This document shows, in pieces, positions 50,402 through 53,116 of a stretch of DNA of 53,116 bases (its first letter is position 1; the number at the start of each line of letters is the position of its first letter). Source of the DNA: a virus; the IMG/VR virus record IMGVR_UViG_3300038321_000021, positions 1 to 53,116 of that record; one strand, written 5' to 3'. The translations under genes were made by a program, and so were the position numbers. Below the pieces are notes generated by a model, which was not told the DNA's origin, did no database searches, and saw only the letters and a program-made list of their open reading frames with translations.

Positions 50402-51628
50402 TTACCATTTAACAAACTTAGTCTCGTTAAAGTTTTTCTTCTCCTTAAGAGACCTACTGATGCCTAAGTCAATTCCACTCCGAGATTTCAAGTGGTAATA
50501 ATATAAATCTTTATAGGATGTGTTAAGCCTATCTGTTCTTCCGGCCGCTTGCGTCATAACCTTGTACGAATAATTCTGGGAGTAGAATATAATAGTGTCA
50601 GTCTTGATACAGTTCCAGCCTTCACAACCAGCCGTATACTGTACAAGGTAGACCCAACTCTTACTATTCGGAATAGGTTCATGTTTGTGACCGTTCCATT
50701 CAGCGACCTTTACTCTCGCTCCATATCCAAGGTCTCTAAGAATTTCCAACTCGTAGTCAAAGTTGTAAAATATGATTACTCGCGGATGTTGTCGGAAGAT
50801 TTCTAAAACAGCTACTTGTCTGGATTGGTCTGAGTTTACGATTTTGCGCCAAATATAACAAAGCCCACCTGCGTTCATGATGGGCTCATTTTTATATGGA
50901 TCCCAACGAGTTCGAGAAACGTCCTTATACTGCTCAACGCTATAGGAAACGTACACGTCTTCGTGGTGTGATATGGTTTCTCTCTTGAAATCCATCGTCA
51001 CAAGAATACTTCGTCGTAGTTTTAACAGTCTTCCAGTGTTAATATAACGGTCAACCTTAGGAAATTTCGTAAATCGACTATAGACAATATGTTCTCTAGT
51101 AAACTCAGTCCGGTTTTTATAGAAACCGTTTGCGATGAAGACCGGAATATAATCCTGCCATGTGTCACCTGGTGTAGCAGATAGCAAAATCCAATCGTTG
51201 TTTTTAACAATTTTAAGAAAGGACTTTACCCAGGCTCCACTACCGATAACCCGTTGCTCGTCAAATATAAAGAAAGCATCGGTGACTTCGGCGTATTTAC
51301 CAATGTTGTTCCAGCTATCAACAATTACTTTGTGTTTATGGTAAAGGTTCGTTTCCGGATGAATAGAAAGAAGGAAGGGTGAAAGCTCACCCTCCCATTC
51401 TAAAGTATCTCTTTTTCTTGCAGTTGTTATAATGTATAGGTCTTTAGGAGGATCGTCCATTGGAATATAATCACCACTAATTAAGCTGTTCGGATCTCCT
51501 CCGTTTTGGAGATAGTAGTAAGACAGGGCAGTTAAACTTTTTCCAGAACCAACTCCACCGCAGAGAATACATCCGTTTTTCATTTTTTTTACAGCTTCTA
51601 TCTGATAATCAAATAACTTAACGGACAT
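50402..51628 (-). CDS. SF2 (SNF2/DEAD-like) helicase
   Basis: Motif I GGVGSGKS, II FIFDEQ, III LLSATPG, VI TQAAGRTDR. Confidence 0.8.
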   Translation of the reverse strand: MSVKLFDYQIEAVKKMKNGCILCGGVGSGKSLTALSYYYLQNGGDPNSLISGDYIPMDDPPKDLYIITTARKRDTLEWEGELSPFLLSIHPETNLYHKHKVIVDSWNNIGKYAEVTDAFFIFDEQRVIGSGAWVKSFLKIVKNNDWILLSATPGDTWQDYIPVFIANGFYKNRTEFTREHIVYSRFTKFPKVDRYINTGRLLKLRRSILVTMDFKRETISHHEDVYVSYSVEQYKDVSRTRWDPYKNEPIMNAGGLCYIWRKIVNSDQSRQVAVLEIFRQHPRVIIFYNFDYELEILRDLGYGARVKVAEWNGHKHEPIPNSKSWVYLVQYTAGCEGWNCIKTDTIIFYSQNYSYKVMTQAAGRTDRLNTSYKDLYYYHLKSRSGIDLGISRSLKEKKNFNETKFVKW

Positions 51629-51665
51629 TCATCAACCTCCTTTCGTTTTGAAAATGTTCATTTAA

Positions 51666-52550
51666 CTATCGTTTCTTGAAGGGTAATTCCTTACATTGAA
51701 ATCCCGATGCGCCTTTATGTCCCCCACCACCATGTTTTTTAGCGATCTCCGATACGTCTATCGTCGTGGAATATAGACTTACGGTGTACTGATTACCGTC
51801 AAATACAAATGGCATTAGGACATCGTATTTTCCAACAGGAAGACTTTTGAAATATTCACTATTACAGCGACCGAGATTGACAGCAAAACATTTTACCCCT
51901 TCAAATTCGGATTCAAAACCCAGATTCATGTAGTCTCTAGCCCACCCGTCACGGAAAGCATTCATCGTGATACCATTTTTAATAAACTCTGAACAGGTAA
52001 AATCATCGGAGGATAGAAAGCCATCCCAAAGCCTGCTCGATGGCCAAAAGTCGTAAGCGTTAAAAGCCGTTATGAAATGTCTCGTGTCGTCTCCGTACTC
52101 AAATTTCCAAACATCCCAATCGGCAATCAGTTTTGTGAATCGGGGTGCATCTTTGGTCATAGAGGGGTCGAATGGTTTGATATCGCCCGTACCCCGTTGA
52201 GTCATATGATAAATATAACAATACGTCAGCATACATCCTGCAACACCGTCATATCTGATACCTCTGATTTTATATTCAAAATCTTTATATTTTTCAATGG
52301 CGGTTTTATGATGGTCTATCCAGGTTACATTTTTCGTGATCTTCAAAAGCTGTCGCATCTCATCTGGTGATATCGAATAATCGACGATGTAGATTTGCTC
52401 ATCTTTACGAATGGATTCCATCGGGAATGGTTTTGCGTAACTCATTTCAATAAAACTGTGGTCTATATATTGATCGTTTATACCCACGCTAAGATGAACC
52501 CAAAACCCTGAACATCTACCGTCGGCATCATTATGATAAAAGCACTTCAT
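51666..52550 (-). CDS. DHH/DHHA1 phosphoesterase (RecJ-like exonuclease or nanoRNase-like)
   Basis: HNDADGRCSG, WIDHHKT, HGGGGHKGASGF. Confidence 0.75.
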   Translation of the reverse strand: MKCFYHNDADGRCSGFWVHLSVGINDQYIDHSFIEMSYAKPFPMESIRKDEQIYIVDYSISPDEMRQLLKITKNVTWIDHHKTAIEKYKDFEYKIRGIRYDGVAGCMLTYCYIYHMTQRGTGDIKPFDPSMTKDAPRFTKLIADWDVWKFEYGDDTRHFITAFNAYDFWPSSRLWDGFLSSDDFTCSEFIKNGITMNAFRDGWARDYMNLGFESEFEGVKCFAVNLGRCNSEYFKSLPVGKYDVLMPFVFDGNQYTVSLYSTTIDVSEIAKKHGGGGHKGASGFQCKELPFKKR

Positions 52551-52653
52551 TTACCTTTCTCCTTTCAAAATATAAGGCAGGGCTGTTTCCTCAATGGACA
52601 TTTAACCAGACACATATAAAATCGGCACCCTGCAACAAAATTGGACGGTCCGC

Positions 52654-53116
52654 TTAGAAAGGAAGCTCTTCAGGTCCTTCCTCTTTGGCATACTTAGCCG
52701 CGAACTCGTCCTCCTCGATGGTTACATACATTGTCCTTAGATAGGCCTTAACTCCAGTCTTACCGTTGACTTCCCAGTTATAAGGTCTTATAGTCAAATC
52801 CACATTACGGATTTCAGCGAAGTCTAGAGTATCAATAGATTCATCATCCAGCGGAGTTTGTGAACGCCTCGTAACCATAATTACTTTAGGCGGAATATTA
52901 GCGAAACTAACTGCGACCTGAATATAATGTGTTGCATCGTCACCCTCGTCACGGGGAGCCAGAATTCTCACATTCCAACCATCTTCAGCCAATTTCTGGG
53001 CTTGTTCAGGGTCATCGATAATAACACAAAAGTTACGATTACCCTCTCGATTGTACTTTGTTTCCTTTCCCGCAAAGTTGCGGAATATAATACGAGCGTT
53101 CTCAATGATAATGTTA
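52654..53116 (-). CDS. gp2.5-like single-stranded DNA-binding protein candidate. 5'-truncated by the window end; the first 20 nt are at 119..100.
   Basis: In-frame continuation across the 99-nt closure repeat. Beta-rich body. Acidic C-terminal tail ending in an aromatic residue (EEGPEELPF), as in T7 gp2.5. Sits between the polymerase and the DHH/helicase genes. Confidence 0.5.
   Translation of the reverse strand, partial: NIIIENARIIFRNFAGKETKYNREGNRNFCVIIDDPEQAQKLAEDGWNVRILAPRDEGDDATHYIQVAVSFANIPPKVIMVTRRSQTPLDDESIDTLDFAEIRNVDLTIRPYNWEVNGKTGVKAYLRTMYVTIEEDEFAAKYAKEEGPEELPF
53018..53116. repeat. Terminal direct repeat, copy 2 (identical to 1..99)
   Basis: Exact match to the window start. Confidence 0.9.

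Overview
The window is a complete, circularly closed tailed-phage genome of 53,017 bp. Nt 1-99 recur exactly at 53018-53116 and the repeat lies inside a CDS, so it is an assembly closure overlap rather than physical ends. Every credible gene is on the minus strand, and nearly all have strong AGGAGG-type Shine-Dalgarno sites. SleB-like and SLH-like wall domains and an anaerobic nrdD/nrdG pair suggest an anaerobic low-GC Gram-positive host (inference).

Modules in transcription order (descending coordinates):
- Replication: an SF3 helicase / AEP primase / PolB-exonuclease fusion, an HNH homing endonuclease, a separate PolB polymerase half, a gp2.5-like SSB spanning the junction, a DHH phosphoesterase and an SF2 helicase.
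- Nucleotide metabolism: ThyX-like protein, dCMP deaminase, DUF1599-like protein, NrdG, and an NrdD-glutaredoxin fusion.
- A block of tiny membrane-protein ORFs bracketed by a repeated hairpin plus promoter-like cassette.
- A ~450-bp iteron / A-tract non-coding region.
- Two PD-(D/E)xK nucleases.
- A 949-aa single-polypeptide two-barrel (YonO-like) RNA polymerase.
- A GC-rich, tandem-repeat non-coding region.
- Packaging genes (HNH, TerL, portal) and a protease-capsid fusion.
- A siphovirus-type tail module with an 1884-aa tape measure and an embedded lysis cassette, followed by tail-tip and fibre genes.
- A second block of cassette-bracketed small ORFs.
- Three membrane-anchored paralogues with a SleB-like hydrolase.

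Most notable observations:
1. The two-barrel RNAP, flanked by HTH-like segments.
2. A near-identical N-terminal leader, HYG(V/I)LGMKWGVR(R/K), on four unrelated proteins around the packaging genes, present in degenerate form on the RNAP. I read it as a candidate capsid-targeting / ejection tag.
3. A ~30-nt promoter-like motif whose conserved part is not sigma-A-like, coupled to hairpin cassettes that supply the stop codons of small ORFs.
4. An iteron region, a split PolB, and a probable -1 frameshift extension of the capsid protein.

No tRNA, rRNA, CRISPR array, integrase or reverse transcriptase was recognised.
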